In this document: piece by piece, positions 8,483 to 17,859 of the stretch
Layout of the letters: the number at the start of each line of letters is the position of its first letter
Numbering within the stretch: the stretch's first letter is position 1
Virus record (IMG/VR): IMGVR_UViG_3300031227_000247
Coordinates: 1 to 31,894 of that record
Origin: a virus
Lineage: Duplodnaviria > Caudoviricetes
Strand: one strand, 5' to 3'
Length of the DNA: 31,894 nucleotides
Translations under genes and position numbers: made by a program
The notes under the pieces: model-generated
Databases searched by the model: none
What the model was told of the DNA's origin: nothing
Seen by the model: the letters and a program-made list of their open reading frames with translations, nothing else

Positions 8483-10351
8483 TTAGATCAACTCGCCAGC
8501 CAGCACGGGAGCGTCCGGGACATTCGCATCTGGCGTGGCATTGTAGGTGTCCTCATTATCCGTCTCGTAACCATCCGGCGAGGCCGCAGTGGCAATCCTT
8601 ACGCCGAACAGGTATGCCTGCTCGTCTACAAGTGCCTCGCTCGTCCACGTCCACCAGTTCGCCCTTGTGGGGCTACTCATAGAAGCGGTAGCCTTCGGTG
8701 CGCTCCAGTCCACTGTCCCCGTTCCGTCATCCCAATACACCCGCCCCTCATACGCCGCACCGCCTCCGCCACTTTCCTGAGTAGGATCGTAGTAAAAGCT
8801 TACCTTCACCTTCCCATCGGCCACAGCTTCTGCACGGACAATGCGGGGCTCCACAGGAAGGGCGGTAATGAGGACACCATCGCAACCTACAAAAACCTTC
8901 AGCATCTGCAGAATGTTCGCCTCCTCATTCCCGTCCGTGTCCACAGCCCTAAGGAGGAAAGTATGCGTGCCGGCTTGGATAGGGGTGATCTCAAGTTGAT
9001 AGGATTCTCCGGTGGGTTGTGCAAGAGGAGAATCATTATTGGGATCAATCGGAGCGTTACGCGAATGGTAGAGATTGTAGTGGTCAACATCAGCAGATTC
9101 GCTGGCGGTCCAGGAGAAGTCAAGCGTGACAGAGGTTGCGTAGCTGGCAGCTGCAGTGAGGGAACTCACCGCTGCGATGGTGCCGGAGGCCTCGACAATG
9201 ACGCCGCCCCCCTGGAGGTCGAGGTCCTCGACCTGGAAATAGGTGGTATCGTTGTCGCCGTTGTTATCGCTGTTCGCAACATTGACATAGCGGAACGTGC
9301 GCCCCGCGTCAATGGTCACGCTCGCACTGCCCACCAGGTCCGTCCGCGCTTCATCGGTGTAAGCATAGCCCGTCACCGTGGCGCCGTTGCGGTCGAGCGT
9401 GAACCAGTACCAGGTGTTCAGCGCGCAGCCGACGAGCGTGTCGCTCTCGTTACCCTCGAAGTCCTCGAGAGTGACGTTGAACACCGACGTCTCGCGCGCC
9501 CGCAGGCCGACGGCCTCGCGGTCGTTGACGAGCCAGTCGCGCATGTCCGACACGATATTCGTCGCCGCGACCAGCACGGCAAACGAGCCGGTGCCCGTCG
9601 TCGCCATGTAAGCCTTGAAGAGATATTCGAAATCTGCTATTGTCCCCGCGCCCTGATCGTCGCTGACCCACGCGTCCTCATCCTCCGTGAGCCCGGCGAT
9701 GTCAAGCGCGGTGCTCGATGCTGTGAGCAGTGCGCCGGTGCCCGACAGCTTGAGGTGCGGCAGCAGGTTCTCCGTCGTGCCGCCCCCGTCGAGGCTGTAG
9801 TCCTTCATTGACGCGCTTACAATGGCCGCGTCGCCATCATTCTCGGAGTTGGCGGGGAAGAAGTACCGGTAAGAATCCACCGGGATGGTAATGCCCAAGG
9901 TGTCCACCAGGACGGTGTGCGCCTCGTCGCTGTAGATCTCCATCGTGGCGCTGGTGCCCGCCCGCGTCACGATGGCATAATACCACGTGTCCTCAGTCAG
10001 CCCGGTGTAATTGTCCTGCGTCGGGGTAGTCGTCTCCCAGAAGTAAATCCGCCAGGCGCTGGCCGTCCAGTAGAGCCGCGCGAACAACGCCTCATCGCTG
10101 TTGTCCCTCCAGCCCTTGGTGTCGTCAACGACATTCGCCAGGCCCCATACACTCACCGTCCCCCTGCCCGTCTTCCCATCCGCTCGGAAAGCGAAGTGGT
10201 GGACAAAATTGCCAAAATGCGCCGCGCCCTTGTCGATCCACACACGGGCGTCCACGAGCCGCGAGAGGTCCACGACACCGATCTCGTCCACAGTGACGGT
10301 GAACTCATTCCACTTGTGGATGTATGTACCAGCAGTGAGGTCCTCGGCCAT
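8483..10351 (-). CDS. Minor tail / receptor-binding candidate: two tandem beta-rich domains plus FnIII-like C-terminal domains
   Basis: Internal duplication visible (EDTWYYAIVTRAG..YSDEA vs LNTWYWFTLDRNG..YTDEA); FnIII-like LDFSWTAS..YNLY..FLLRAVDTDGNE; located in the distal tail module. Confidence 0.7.
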   Translation of the reverse strand: MAEDLTAGTYIHKWNEFTVTVDEIGVVDLSRLVDARVWIDKGAAHFGNFVHHFAFRADGKTGRGTVSVWGLANVVDDTKGWRDNSDEALFARLYWTASAWRIYFWETTTPTQDNYTGLTEDTWYYAIVTRAGTSATMEIYSDEAHTVLVDTLGITIPVDSYRYFFPANSENDGDAAIVSASMKDYSLDGGGTTENLLPHLKLSGTGALLTASSTALDIAGLTEDEDAWVSDDQGAGTIADFEYLFKAYMATTGTGSFAVLVAATNIVSDMRDWLVNDREAVGLRARETSVFNVTLEDFEGNESDTLVGCALNTWYWFTLDRNGATVTGYAYTDEARTDLVGSASVTIDAGRTFRYVNVANSDNNGDNDTTYFQVEDLDLQGGGVIVEASGTIAAVSSLTAAASYATSVTLDFSWTASESADVDHYNLYHSRNAPIDPNNDSPLAQPTGESYQLEITPIQAGTHTFLLRAVDTDGNEEANILQMLKVFVGCDGVLITALPVEPRIVRAEAVADGKVKVSFYYDPTQESGGGGAAYEGRVYWDDGTGTVDWSAPKATASMSSPTRANWWTWTSEALVDEQAYLFGVRIATAASPDGYETDNEDTYNATPDANVPDAPVLAGELI

Positions 10352-10653
10352 CAGATTTCCCTTCTCAGCGCGACATCCGACAATGCACGCACCCCTGCCT
10401 CGACCACAACTGATCGGGGCTCTTCAGGCTCGACCTCGCCCGCCGCCAACTGAGGGTTGACCTTCCGCCGGAGGTCTGACCGCTCCAGCGACGCATCTCG
10501 CAGCAACGGCAGGAGCCGTGCCCGGTGCGCCTTGGCCTCTGGGCTCGTGTCCCCCGCGCGCGCGTTGTGCTCCCGGCGCAGTGCCTCGCACTTGGCCGCC
10601 GCGCGCCGCAACGCCTTCTCAGGCACACTTAGTGTTACTACTATTTCCCGCAT
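10351..10653 (-). CDS. Hypothetical helical protein (100 aa) in the tail module
   Basis: 1-bp stop/start overlaps on both sides; no recognised motif. Confidence 0.65.
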   Translation of the reverse strand: MREIVVTLSVPEKALRRAAAKCEALRREHNARAGDTSPEAKAHRARLLPLLRDASLERSDLRRKVNPQLAAGEVEPEEPRSVVVEAGVRALSDVALRREI

Positions 10654-11396
10654 TACTCAGCCTCCGCTACAGCAAAATTGCTCGGCGGTTCGGGCGCCGA
10701 TTCTACCGTTAGGCTCACCACGGCCGACGCGGCCGTGTCCCCCTCATCATCCTCAGCCAAGACCTTGTAATCATAGTCCGCGTCCTCAAGGACCGAACTG
10801 GCGTAGGTTAGATCGTCCCCCACATCCGCTTTTATCGTCGCCACCAGTTCCCAATCCCCTCCATCCACACGCCGCCACACCTGGCTCTTTGCAGACGTTG
10901 CTGTCCAGTCCAAGGATACCTTGTCAAGCGGGGTTGTAATCGTCCTTGGCGGCTCGTCCCAGATGTCTATGTATTGCCGGATCTCAACATCCGCCGGCAC
11001 ATTCATCTCACCCCCAACGACCCTGTTGAAGAGGACCCCGTCAAACCGGACCTCGACCTCCTCCAACAGGTCTGTAATGTCCCAACTAATCCGACGCTTC
11101 TCCTCCCCTGCCTCATCAACATACACCTCGAGCAGAGGCCACCAAAATCTTACCGCTACTGGCTCGCTGAACGTGCTCACTCCCGCAATCGTCCCTGACG
11201 CCTTGCGCAAGACGCCTGCGGCAGCTTCTACGGCGCTCACTCCCGCAATCGTCCCTGACGCCTTGCGCAAGACGCCTGCGGCAGCTTCTACGGCGCTTGC
11301 TGCCGCAATCGTGCCCGTAGCCGCTCTTATACGCAATGGGGTAGCGCTAAGGGCCCCAGCGCCTACAATAAGGCCGCTGGCCGCGACTTCCGCCAT
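10653..11396 (-). CDS. Minor tail protein with 20-aa Ala/Gly repeats and an Ig/FnIII-like C-terminus
   Basis: Repeated ASGTIAGVSAVEAAAGVLRK; VSLDWTAT..VWRR..YDYKVLAED; GAGGTGG RBS. Confidence 0.7.
   Translation of the reverse strand: MAEVAASGLIVGAGALSATPLRIRAATGTIAAASAVEAAAGVLRKASGTIAGVSAVEAAAGVLRKASGTIAGVSTFSEPVAVRFWWPLLEVYVDEAGEEKRRISWDITDLLEEVEVRFDGVLFNRVVGGEMNVPADVEIRQYIDIWDEPPRTITTPLDKVSLDWTATSAKSQVWRRVDGGDWELVATIKADVGDDLTYASSVLEDADYDYKVLAEDDEGDTAASAVVSLTVESAPEPPSNFAVAEAE
11175..11297. repeat. Perfect 60-bp coding tandem duplication (2 copies, followed by a degenerate continuation)
   Basis: gctcactcccgcaatcgtccctgacgccttgcgcaagacgcctgcggcagcttctacggc occurs at 11175 and 11235. Confidence 0.95.
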
Positions 11397-11408
11397 GTAT
11401 CCACCTCA

Positions 11409-11804
11409 TTATGTCAGGGTGACTTCCGCGTTTCCCGCATCGAGCTTGAGCTGGTCGCCGCTGCCGATCACCTTGCTCTCATCCAAGGCGCCGCTGCCCA
11501 AGAAGTTTCCACCGGAGCTGTCATCATAGAGGGCCCAGTAAGTAATGGTCCCCCAACTCCCTGTGGCTTCCGGGAACGTGATGGCATTGGCATTGCTCGT
11601 CAAGCCAGCCGCTGCCGCGTTCCAGTCCGCAGGGGCCGTAGAGACACGGGCATAGCTCCCTCCAGACGGCTCTGCGATACTGCCACCGGCCTCACCGGGG
11701 TCCGCCGTGCTGAGGGCCACATAAATGTTCGCAGGCGCCGGGTAGGCCGCCTTGTCAAAGACGTGATCGAGAATCTTATTCTCCCAGTAATCTCCAAAAC
11801 TCAT
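11409..11804 (-). CDS. Conserved small phage tail-associated protein
   Basis: Recognisable phage family pattern DYWENKILDH..YVALSTADP..EPSGGSYAR..ITFP.AT.SWGTIT...LYD..SGGNFL; AAGGAG RBS. Confidence 0.8.
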   Translation of the reverse strand: MSFGDYWENKILDHVFDKAAYPAPANIYVALSTADPGEAGGSIAEPSGGSYARVSTAPADWNAAAAGLTSNANAITFPEATGSWGTITYWALYDDSSGGNFLGSGALDESKVIGSGDQLKLDAGNAEVTLT

Positions 11805-11825
11805 TTCACAACTCCTTCCTTAGTG

Positions 11826-13034
11826 TCACTGCTCCTTGCCATCAACGATGGCGTCCGAAGGATCAACGATGATACGAGGCCAGTAGGTCGCGTGGTCGAG
11901 GGCGCTGTAGTCCAAGCCGGTGTAGATGTTCCCGAGGCAGGCGTCCACGTAATCACTATAGTAGCCACCGGCGACAACGCGCAAAGCAAACCCATAAATG
12001 GGAATGGGGGAGAACAACCGGACCCGGGTCAACGCCCACGTTTTGGAATAGACGCTCCCGCCCCCGGCGCGGACATAAAGGTAATCCGCGGTCGCTCCCG
12101 GGGCCCAGTATGCTGTTGCGCTTGGCTGGCCCACGCCAACGCTTTCCGTCGTCAGAGCCAGGACATCCGCCCATGCGGAAACGTCCGCCAGATCAAACGC
12201 CTCTTTGATGATATAAGCGGTGGCCTCGCCCCACACCGATTCCTGCGCGACCATCCCTCCCGTTGCCCAGGATGAAGCAAAGATAGCGACAAGTGGGCCA
12301 TAACTCGGCCTCGGCGGGTGCGCAAAATACGGGACCACCCCTCCAGCCACCTTGAGCATCCTGGCGGTTAGTGGGGAGGCATATCGGAAAAGGGCAAAGC
12401 GCGAGCCGGTCTCTGTTGCCGTGCCCGGATCGTAGCGGGAGCACACGTCCCCACACGCGGGCGGCGTGCCTGCTTCAACCATCTTGTAGGTCGCCGGGTA
12501 ATAGGCGGTCAGTGCATCCGGAGTATTATGGTCGCTAAAAAAACATACAACGACTCCGTCCAATGTGCCCCGCGCTACGGACAGGATAACCTCGGACGCA
12601 TCTTCCTCTGCCACACCAACCCAGTTGCCGTCACGCGGACCAATATTATCCCCCGGCACCACCCCCGCGCACGTCACTTCCCACGGCCCTCCAGACAAGG
12701 CCACACGACCATAGCTCCCGGACTTAATTGGTGTGGTCAGGATCCCATACACCCCGACGCCCGCCGCGTCTCCAGGCTTTGTGATCTCGACCTGGGCCAC
12801 GGAATCCCCAACAGCGCAGAGCTCGCATATTCCACGCCAGGGCGCCTTCTCCGCATGGACGTTTCGGGCAACGACCTCACCCGCCCTTAGAGCTCCCTTG
12901 AGAGGCCGCGCTTTTGCCCCTGGCTGACCCTCCCGTGTATGCTGTGTAAGGTCCATCAACGCATTCCACGCATCGGGCTGGATGGTCATACGGTCGCCTG
13001 TCTGGACACGCCGGAATGAATCGCCTCCTGCCAT
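11826..13034 (-). CDS. Minor tail protein (tail tip/fibre candidate)
   Basis: Second gene after the tape measure; N-terminus FRRVQTGDRMTIQPDAWNALMD. Confidence 0.65.
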   Translation of the reverse strand: MAGGDSFRRVQTGDRMTIQPDAWNALMDLTQHTREGQPGAKARPLKGALRAGEVVARNVHAEKAPWRGICELCAVGDSVAQVEITKPGDAAGVGVYGILTTPIKSGSYGRVALSGGPWEVTCAGVVPGDNIGPRDGNWVGVAEEDASEVILSVARGTLDGVVVCFFSDHNTPDALTAYYPATYKMVEAGTPPACGDVCSRYDPGTATETGSRFALFRYASPLTARMLKVAGGVVPYFAHPPRPSYGPLVAIFASSWATGGMVAQESVWGEATAYIIKEAFDLADVSAWADVLALTTESVGVGQPSATAYWAPGATADYLYVRAGGGSVYSKTWALTRVRLFSPIPIYGFALRVVAGGYYSDYVDACLGNIYTGLDYSALDHATYWPRIIVDPSDAIVDGKEQ

Positions 13035-13037
13035 CGG

Positions 13038-13874
13038 TTAGCTCCCTATGCCAAGCAAGGAGAAGTCCTCATATTCGTAGACCTGCTCAATGTGGACGGA
13101 CGTGGGCTTCTGTCTCCAATACCCTGTCACAGCATCTTCATCATCCTCAAACTGGACCCACAAGTATTGCCAGCCTTCCTTCTCGATCCCCGTGATGTCG
13201 CCTATGGTAATGTTCGTCCGATTCTCCACAAGCGCAAAGCGGAATGATATTTCCCAATCCGCATTCTCCCCGCGCCAGGAACCTGACGCTCCAAGGAATA
13301 AACATTCCCCCTTCGCCGCACCTCGCCATGCTGCGTTATTGACCTTGCCCGTCAAGTCCTTTAGCAACCGCCTGTAATCGCTTGTGACAAGGTTGGAATC
13401 GAGGTAATGTGTCTCGCTATATTCGTAGACAGCCATCTGGATATCACACCCTTGGACGCCATCCTTACTCACACCGATGGCGCCAAGATAATCTGTTGCC
13501 GTCTCACCCACTTCAGCATACCTATGCGGAGTGGCAAGGCTTTGTGTGATATGCTCAGTGCGGCCGGCGGTGCTGAAGTTGACGACCTTGTCCCCCGTTG
13601 CCGGCTGCCGCTGCCGTCGTCGATACGCTACCGTTCCTTCCCACACACAGTCCGCCGCAGGAATACTTGACAACACCTTGACCGCTGTCACATTGCCGCC
13701 CGCCAGCACGAGCACATCCGTTCCCGAATCCAGCGTGCTTGGGGCTTCCGCAAGGAGAGCGTTCTTGGCAGCAACCGGATTGGCTGTGCCTCGGATCAGG
13801 TACTCCTGAGTAGCGCCCGCACGGTCTCCGGTTCCTATGTTCTGATCCGGCTTCTGTTCAACAGTGATTGCCAT
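13038..13874 (-). CDS. Tail-tip protein immediately downstream of the tape measure (distal tail/hub candidate)
   Basis: ATG 1 bp after the TMP stop; HITQSL, GAIGV, YSETHY, LTGKVN, ECLFLGASGS, KEGWQYLWV motifs. Role inferred from synteny. Confidence 0.7.
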   Translation of the reverse strand: MAITVEQKPDQNIGTGDRAGATQEYLIRGTANPVAAKNALLAEAPSTLDSGTDVLVLAGGNVTAVKVLSSIPAADCVWEGTVAYRRRQRQPATGDKVVNFSTAGRTEHITQSLATPHRYAEVGETATDYLGAIGVSKDGVQGCDIQMAVYEYSETHYLDSNLVTSDYRRLLKDLTGKVNNAAWRGAAKGECLFLGASGSWRGENADWEISFRFALVENRTNITIGDITGIEKEGWQYLWVQFEDDEDAVTGYWRQKPTSVHIEQVYEYEDFSLLGIGS

Positions 13875-13875
13875 A

Positions 13876-15870
13876 TCATTCTGCTCCAAACATCCAGGCC
13901 CAATTCACTTCTCCGCTCTTCATCATCGACTCAAGAGCACCTGCCGTCCGCTCTGTTGCGTTTGCCGTCCGCTCCTCCGCGCGGTTCGTTCCGACAATGG
14001 CTTCGATACGTGCGCTGGCGAATGTGCCTGCAGCCTCCTGTCCAAAGCCGGTCTCCTCCCCGCGCGCCTCCTGCAACCTTGCATAAGCCGCATCTACCGC
14101 ACGAGCATGGACCATCTGCGAGACTGCACCGGAGTCCACCAGTGCTCCCAATTTCTCCACCTCAGCGGTGTAGACTTCGAGGGGGCCTCGCATCTGCTCT
14201 GTTATCCGTCGCCCCTCGGCCATCATTGCTCCCTGTCTACGCCGCTCATCCAGCAGCCGCTGCCGCTCCGCAGGATCGACCCCGCTCCCCCCTGCATCCT
14301 CGGGAGCCTTTCCTTCCCGCGCCAAGTTCATCTTCTCCAAGTAGCCAGCATACAATTGTTCCTGGGCTGCGTCCATCAGCTGCACGTATGCCGCATGCTT
14401 GCCCATCCGTGTTGCGGCCTTCCCAGCAAACTCCGCCTCAAGGCCCTCCACGTCCTGCTTATATCCCTCGACCTTATCGAGAAAGGGGTCCATAAAGGTT
14501 TCGGTCGCTTTGAACTCAAACTCAGGAATGTAAATCTTCGGGATCTTATTGATCCCACGGATCAACCTATTCACACCTGACATCATAAAGTCCAGCGCTG
14601 CACTAAACGAACCAACGATCACACCAATAAGGGAGACGAACCCAACCTTCAGATAAACATAACCCTTCCTCATTCCGATGATGAACCCGTCCCAATCGGT
14701 CAGCATCGACGTGGTGAATCCTGACCACATCTTCCCCAACTCCAACCACATTCCTATCAATTGTGTAGTGAAGCTGACGCCAGATACACGGATCTTTGTA
14801 AAGGCCTCCCCAACCCACTGCAGCGCAGGCAAGAGAGACTCGCCCAATTCCGATACCACATTTCCCAGCGACGCTCGCATCTGCTTCAAGCCAAAGCTGG
14901 TCGTCTTTGTAATCTTGTCAAAGGCCTCCTGCCTCATACCCGCCGAGTTCAGCATTATGGCATAGTCTTCCGCAAACCCCTCAGTATTCTGGAGGGCTGC
15001 AGCAAAGCCCTTCATCCCCCGGATACTCGGACTGATGGCTGCCAGTTGTTCAACGGAGGCGCTGCTCATGCGCTGCATAATCCCGACAAGCCCCTCCTCA
15101 CGCAGGGCCAAGGTATTGAGTTCAAAGCCAAGTTCTCTTGCGGCCGCAATCCCGTCCTCAGTAGGATTCAAAAACGCTCTCAACATTCCATTCAATGCTG
15201 TCACGCTCTCATTGGTGTTGATCCCGGCCCGGGTCATCGTCGCCATGGCCGCACCCACCTCCTCCAGCTTCAGCCCAGCAATAGCCGCAGTAGACATCAC
15301 ACGCCCGATGCTGGGAGCCAACTCGGCGAAGGTAGTCTTGCCACGCTTTACAATGGCGAACATTACATCGCTCACCCGGCCGGCCTCGCTCACTTTCATA
15401 GAGTAAGCATTGAGAATAGTTGTGATGGCGTCAGCTGCTACACCCGTATCCGTTAGGCCTGCAACCGCTGCCTTGGCTGAGATATCGAGAACGCCAAGGG
15501 CCTGGCCAGCCGGCACGCTCGCGCTGAGAATATCGTAGAGCCCCTTGCTCAGGCTCTCGGTCGACTCGCCGAACTGCTCCGCCATGTTCCTCAGTGCGAT
15601 CTTGTAACCCGGGAGGACTTTCATTGCCCCGGCATCCAGCATCGTGGATACCCGGGCAAGCTGATCCTCCATCTTCATCGAGTGCCGCGCAGCCACCAGG
15701 CCTACAACACCAATCGCCGCGAAGGCGGCCGTATAGCGGAGCAGGGATCCTGCCGCCACCTTCGCAGTGCTCCCCATGCTTTTGACTTGCATAGTAGACT
15801 GGGTCATTGCCCGCTTGAACTGAGCGGAACGGGCTTTCAACATTAGGCTCAATGTGCCCAGGTTGGCCAT
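13876..15870 (-). CDS. Tail tape measure protein (TP901-type core), 664 aa
   Basis: MANLGTLSLML start; LYDILSA..AAVAGLTD..A.RVSDV.F..VKRGKTTF.ELA core; Ala-rich helical; follows the chaperone pair. Confidence 0.93.
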   Translation of the reverse strand: MANLGTLSLMLKARSAQFKRAMTQSTMQVKSMGSTAKVAAGSLLRYTAAFAAIGVVGLVAARHSMKMEDQLARVSTMLDAGAMKVLPGYKIALRNMAEQFGESTESLSKGLYDILSASVPAGQALGVLDISAKAAVAGLTDTGVAADAITTILNAYSMKVSEAGRVSDVMFAIVKRGKTTFAELAPSIGRVMSTAAIAGLKLEEVGAAMATMTRAGINTNESVTALNGMLRAFLNPTEDGIAAARELGFELNTLALREEGLVGIMQRMSSASVEQLAAISPSIRGMKGFAAALQNTEGFAEDYAIMLNSAGMRQEAFDKITKTTSFGLKQMRASLGNVVSELGESLLPALQWVGEAFTKIRVSGVSFTTQLIGMWLELGKMWSGFTTSMLTDWDGFIIGMRKGYVYLKVGFVSLIGVIVGSFSAALDFMMSGVNRLIRGINKIPKIYIPEFEFKATETFMDPFLDKVEGYKQDVEGLEAEFAGKAATRMGKHAAYVQLMDAAQEQLYAGYLEKMNLAREGKAPEDAGGSGVDPAERQRLLDERRRQGAMMAEGRRITEQMRGPLEVYTAEVEKLGALVDSGAVSQMVHARAVDAAYARLQEARGEETGFGQEAAGTFASARIEAIVGTNRAEERTANATERTAGALESMMKSGEVNWAWMFGAE

Positions 15871-15883
15871 GGCATTCTTACCC

Positions 15884-16228
15884 TCATTTTGAGGCGTTCG
15901 ATCCTGCGGCTTCTGCTATCGCTTCCAAAATCCTCCTCATGTCCTCGGGGGACTGTTCCTCGTGCAGCTCCGAGGGTATATGGATCCAATCCTTAGGCCG
16001 CGCTTTCTTCGATCCTTTCGCGGACCACAGATTGATGAGTGGAGCTGCAATCGTGCCGGCCCTGAAGTCGGCACGCTCGTCTCCGAATGGACACAAAGCA
16101 TCATAGGCCATCCATTCCTGGAACTCTCGGGAACTCATGCCTTGAAGCATGTCCGCAACGCTACGGGCGCCGAGGGCCAACGCTAACTTGAAGGCGAATC
16201 TTCGCCCTGGGCGCTCAATGAGTTTCCC
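15884..16228 (-). CDS. Tail assembly chaperone, T portion (expressed as a G-T fusion by -1 frameshift)
   Basis: Frame is open from the slippery site: GKLIERPGRRFAFKLALALGARSVADMLQGMSSREFQEWMAY..PFGDERADFRAG. Confidence 0.85.
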   Translation of the reverse strand, partial: GKLIERPGRRFAFKLALALGARSVADMLQGMSSREFQEWMAYDALCPFGDERADFRAGTIAAPLINLWSAKGSKKARPKDWIHIPSELHEEQSPEDMRRILEAIAEAAGSNASK

Positions 16229-16596
16229 GTCAGGTCCTCGAGATCCTCTATTGACATGCCGCTCAGGCGGTGCGCCACCTGGACAATCCGATCCAGTGCA
16301 GCTGCGGGCGTCTTGCCCAGGGCGTCTGCATCACGGTCGGAGAAGACTCGATTGCCAGCCTCGTCCACAACACACTTCACGCAGAGCCTGGCCTTGGCAT
16401 TCATAAAGGCCGGAACGAGCTGCTGGCGCCGACCGGAACCTTTCGCCCGGAGCAGGCTCTGCTCATACTCGTCCCGCTCGAAGGCGGTCAGCCCGCGCAC
16501 CCATACTTGCGCATCCTCCCCGAGCTCGGGAACGTCCACAAGCTCGCGGTTCAGAGTTGTCTTGGCAAGAATTTCATCTCTTCCCAGAATACCCAT
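16183..16596 (-). CDS. Tail assembly chaperone, G portion
   Basis: Between tail tube and TMP; VDVPELG..VWVRGLT..ER..E..VVDEAGNRVFS pattern; ends just past the slippery site. Confidence 0.88.
   Translation of the reverse strand: MGILGRDEILAKTTLNRELVDVPELGEDAQVWVRGLTAFERDEYEQSLLRAKGSGRRQQLVPAFMNAKARLCVKCVVDEAGNRVFSDRDADALGKTPAAALDRIVQVAHRLSGMSIEDLEDLTGNSLSAQGEDSPSS
16222..16228 (-). other. Programmed -1 ribosomal frameshift heptamer G GGA AAC
   Basis: + strand gtttccc; in the G frame reads ACG GGA AAC (X XXY YYZ phase); the -1 frame runs without a stop into the T ORF. Confidence 0.88.
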
Positions 16597-16638
16597 CTGG
16601 CCCCATCCTTTCAGACACGAGGAAACGCGGATACGTCA

Positions 16639-17040
16639 TCAACCGCTCGACGCGGTAAACTCAGGCACCCCACTCAGCTTCAGCGAGGCGGACGAGAGGA
16701 TCTTATCATCCATCGGGATCTCGGCCCCCAACCCTTTCAGGAAGCCATCAACGACGAAGGTTGAACTGTCCGGCAGCGTGATCGTCCACGCCTCGACGGT
16801 CCCGCCCAGAATTCCCAGCATGGTGCTGAATTGGGACTTCTCGTAGAGCAGGTCGAGCGTGAGCGCGCCCGCATCTTTCAGGCCCGCGATGAACTCACGC
16901 CAGCCACTCGTGCTCGCCATGGTGGTGACATCGAGTTCAGGCACGTCCATGCCGTCGATCCCGATACGGGTAATCTCGACAATGACGCCGCTCACCGCTC
17001 CACTCAACGTAGTGCCAAACCCACTGATTCCATTACTCAT
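16639..17040 (-). CDS. Major tail tube protein (siphovirus type)
   Basis: LDVTTMAST.GWREFIAGLKDAG.LT..WTITLPD..LKLSGVP pattern; AAGGAG RBS; synteny. Confidence 0.88.
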   Translation of the reverse strand: MSNGISGFGTTLSGAVSGVIVEITRIGIDGMDVPELDVTTMASTSGWREFIAGLKDAGALTLDLLYEKSQFSTMLGILGGTVEAWTITLPDSSTFVVDGFLKGLGAEIPMDDKILSSASLKLSGVPEFTASSG

Positions 17041-17041
17041 C

Positions 17042-17479
17042 TTACTCTCCTTCCAGTCTTATCAAACCGTTTAGGGTGACCAGACTCCGTCGCTTTGTTC
17101 CAGGCTCCAGCCCTAAGGCAATCGGAGGCGCGTCTTGTGAGATGGACTCGATTTTGTAAGAGTCATCTCCAATGGTGACCACCGCATTATGTGCGGTCTC
17201 GAAAAGGTCCGCAACAGCAGTAATTTTGACCCAGCCCGCGTTGTAACTCAGCGCCCGCACCTTCACCTGATATCCATAGCGCTGTGTGTTTTCTCCGCTT
17301 AGAAGCCGTTCCTCCTGGACGCCCGCGGTGTCGTAGACGGCACCACAATCATGCTCAACGCCGCCTCCATCAGGCATAGAGCTCACAAAAACAGGCCACG
17401 AGGCTCCAGCATCGTAGGCGGTAAAGAGACCCTCGTCCTTCAGCAGTGCCGCGAGGATTTCAGCAGGGCTATGATCCAT
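17042..17479 (-). CDS. Tail terminator / tail completion protein
   Basis: Directly upstream of the tail tube; MPD..AVYDTAG..YQVKVRA.SY pattern. Confidence 0.75.
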   Translation of the reverse strand: MDHSPAEILAALLKDEGLFTAYDAGASWPVFVSSMPDGGGVEHDCGAVYDTAGVQEERLLSGENTQRYGYQVKVRALSYNAGWVKITAVADLFETAHNAVVTIGDDSYKIESISQDAPPIALGLEPGTKRRSLVTLNGLIRLEGE

Positions 17480-17850
17480 TAGACCCCTGCCTCCTTCCGC
17501 ACAATCTCAACCATCTGCTTTCCGTAAAGGCGGGCCGGCTTTTCGAGGAACTTTGCTACCCTGCCCGGAGCGTGGGTGGCATCAAGATTCTCATGGACGA
17601 ACACGGCATAGTTAGCGCTATATCCCACCGCCACTACGGTATTCTCGTTCTCCCCCGTCGCCCCCACAAACCAGGATGCTCTGAGGTTCCCTGTGTCCAC
17701 TGGGACGACCTTCATGGATTCCCGAATCAGGAACAGCCCGGCCTTCTTCAGCCCATCCCCTATCCCCTTGCGGACCTTTGCACGCTGCTTCCGCAAGTTC
17801 GCCAAGACCCTTGGGATTCCCAAGACTCGCATGGTAATACCGTCCGCCAT
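17479..17850 (-). CDS. HK97 gp10-like neck/tail completion protein
   Basis: VPVDTGNLRAS, VGYSANYAVFVHE and AKFLEKP motifs. Confidence 0.88.
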   Translation of the reverse strand: MADGITMRVLGIPRVLANLRKQRAKVRKGIGDGLKKAGLFLIRESMKVVPVDTGNLRASWFVGATGENENTVVAVGYSANYAVFVHENLDATHAPGRVAKFLEKPARLYGKQMVEIVRKEAGV

Positions 17851-17859
17851 TGCTGCACC

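Noticed and set aside
8414-9811. 465-aa + strand ORF
   Set aside because: Antisense shadow of the 622-aa tail gene; no motifs, and expected from G/C-ending codons on the coding strand.
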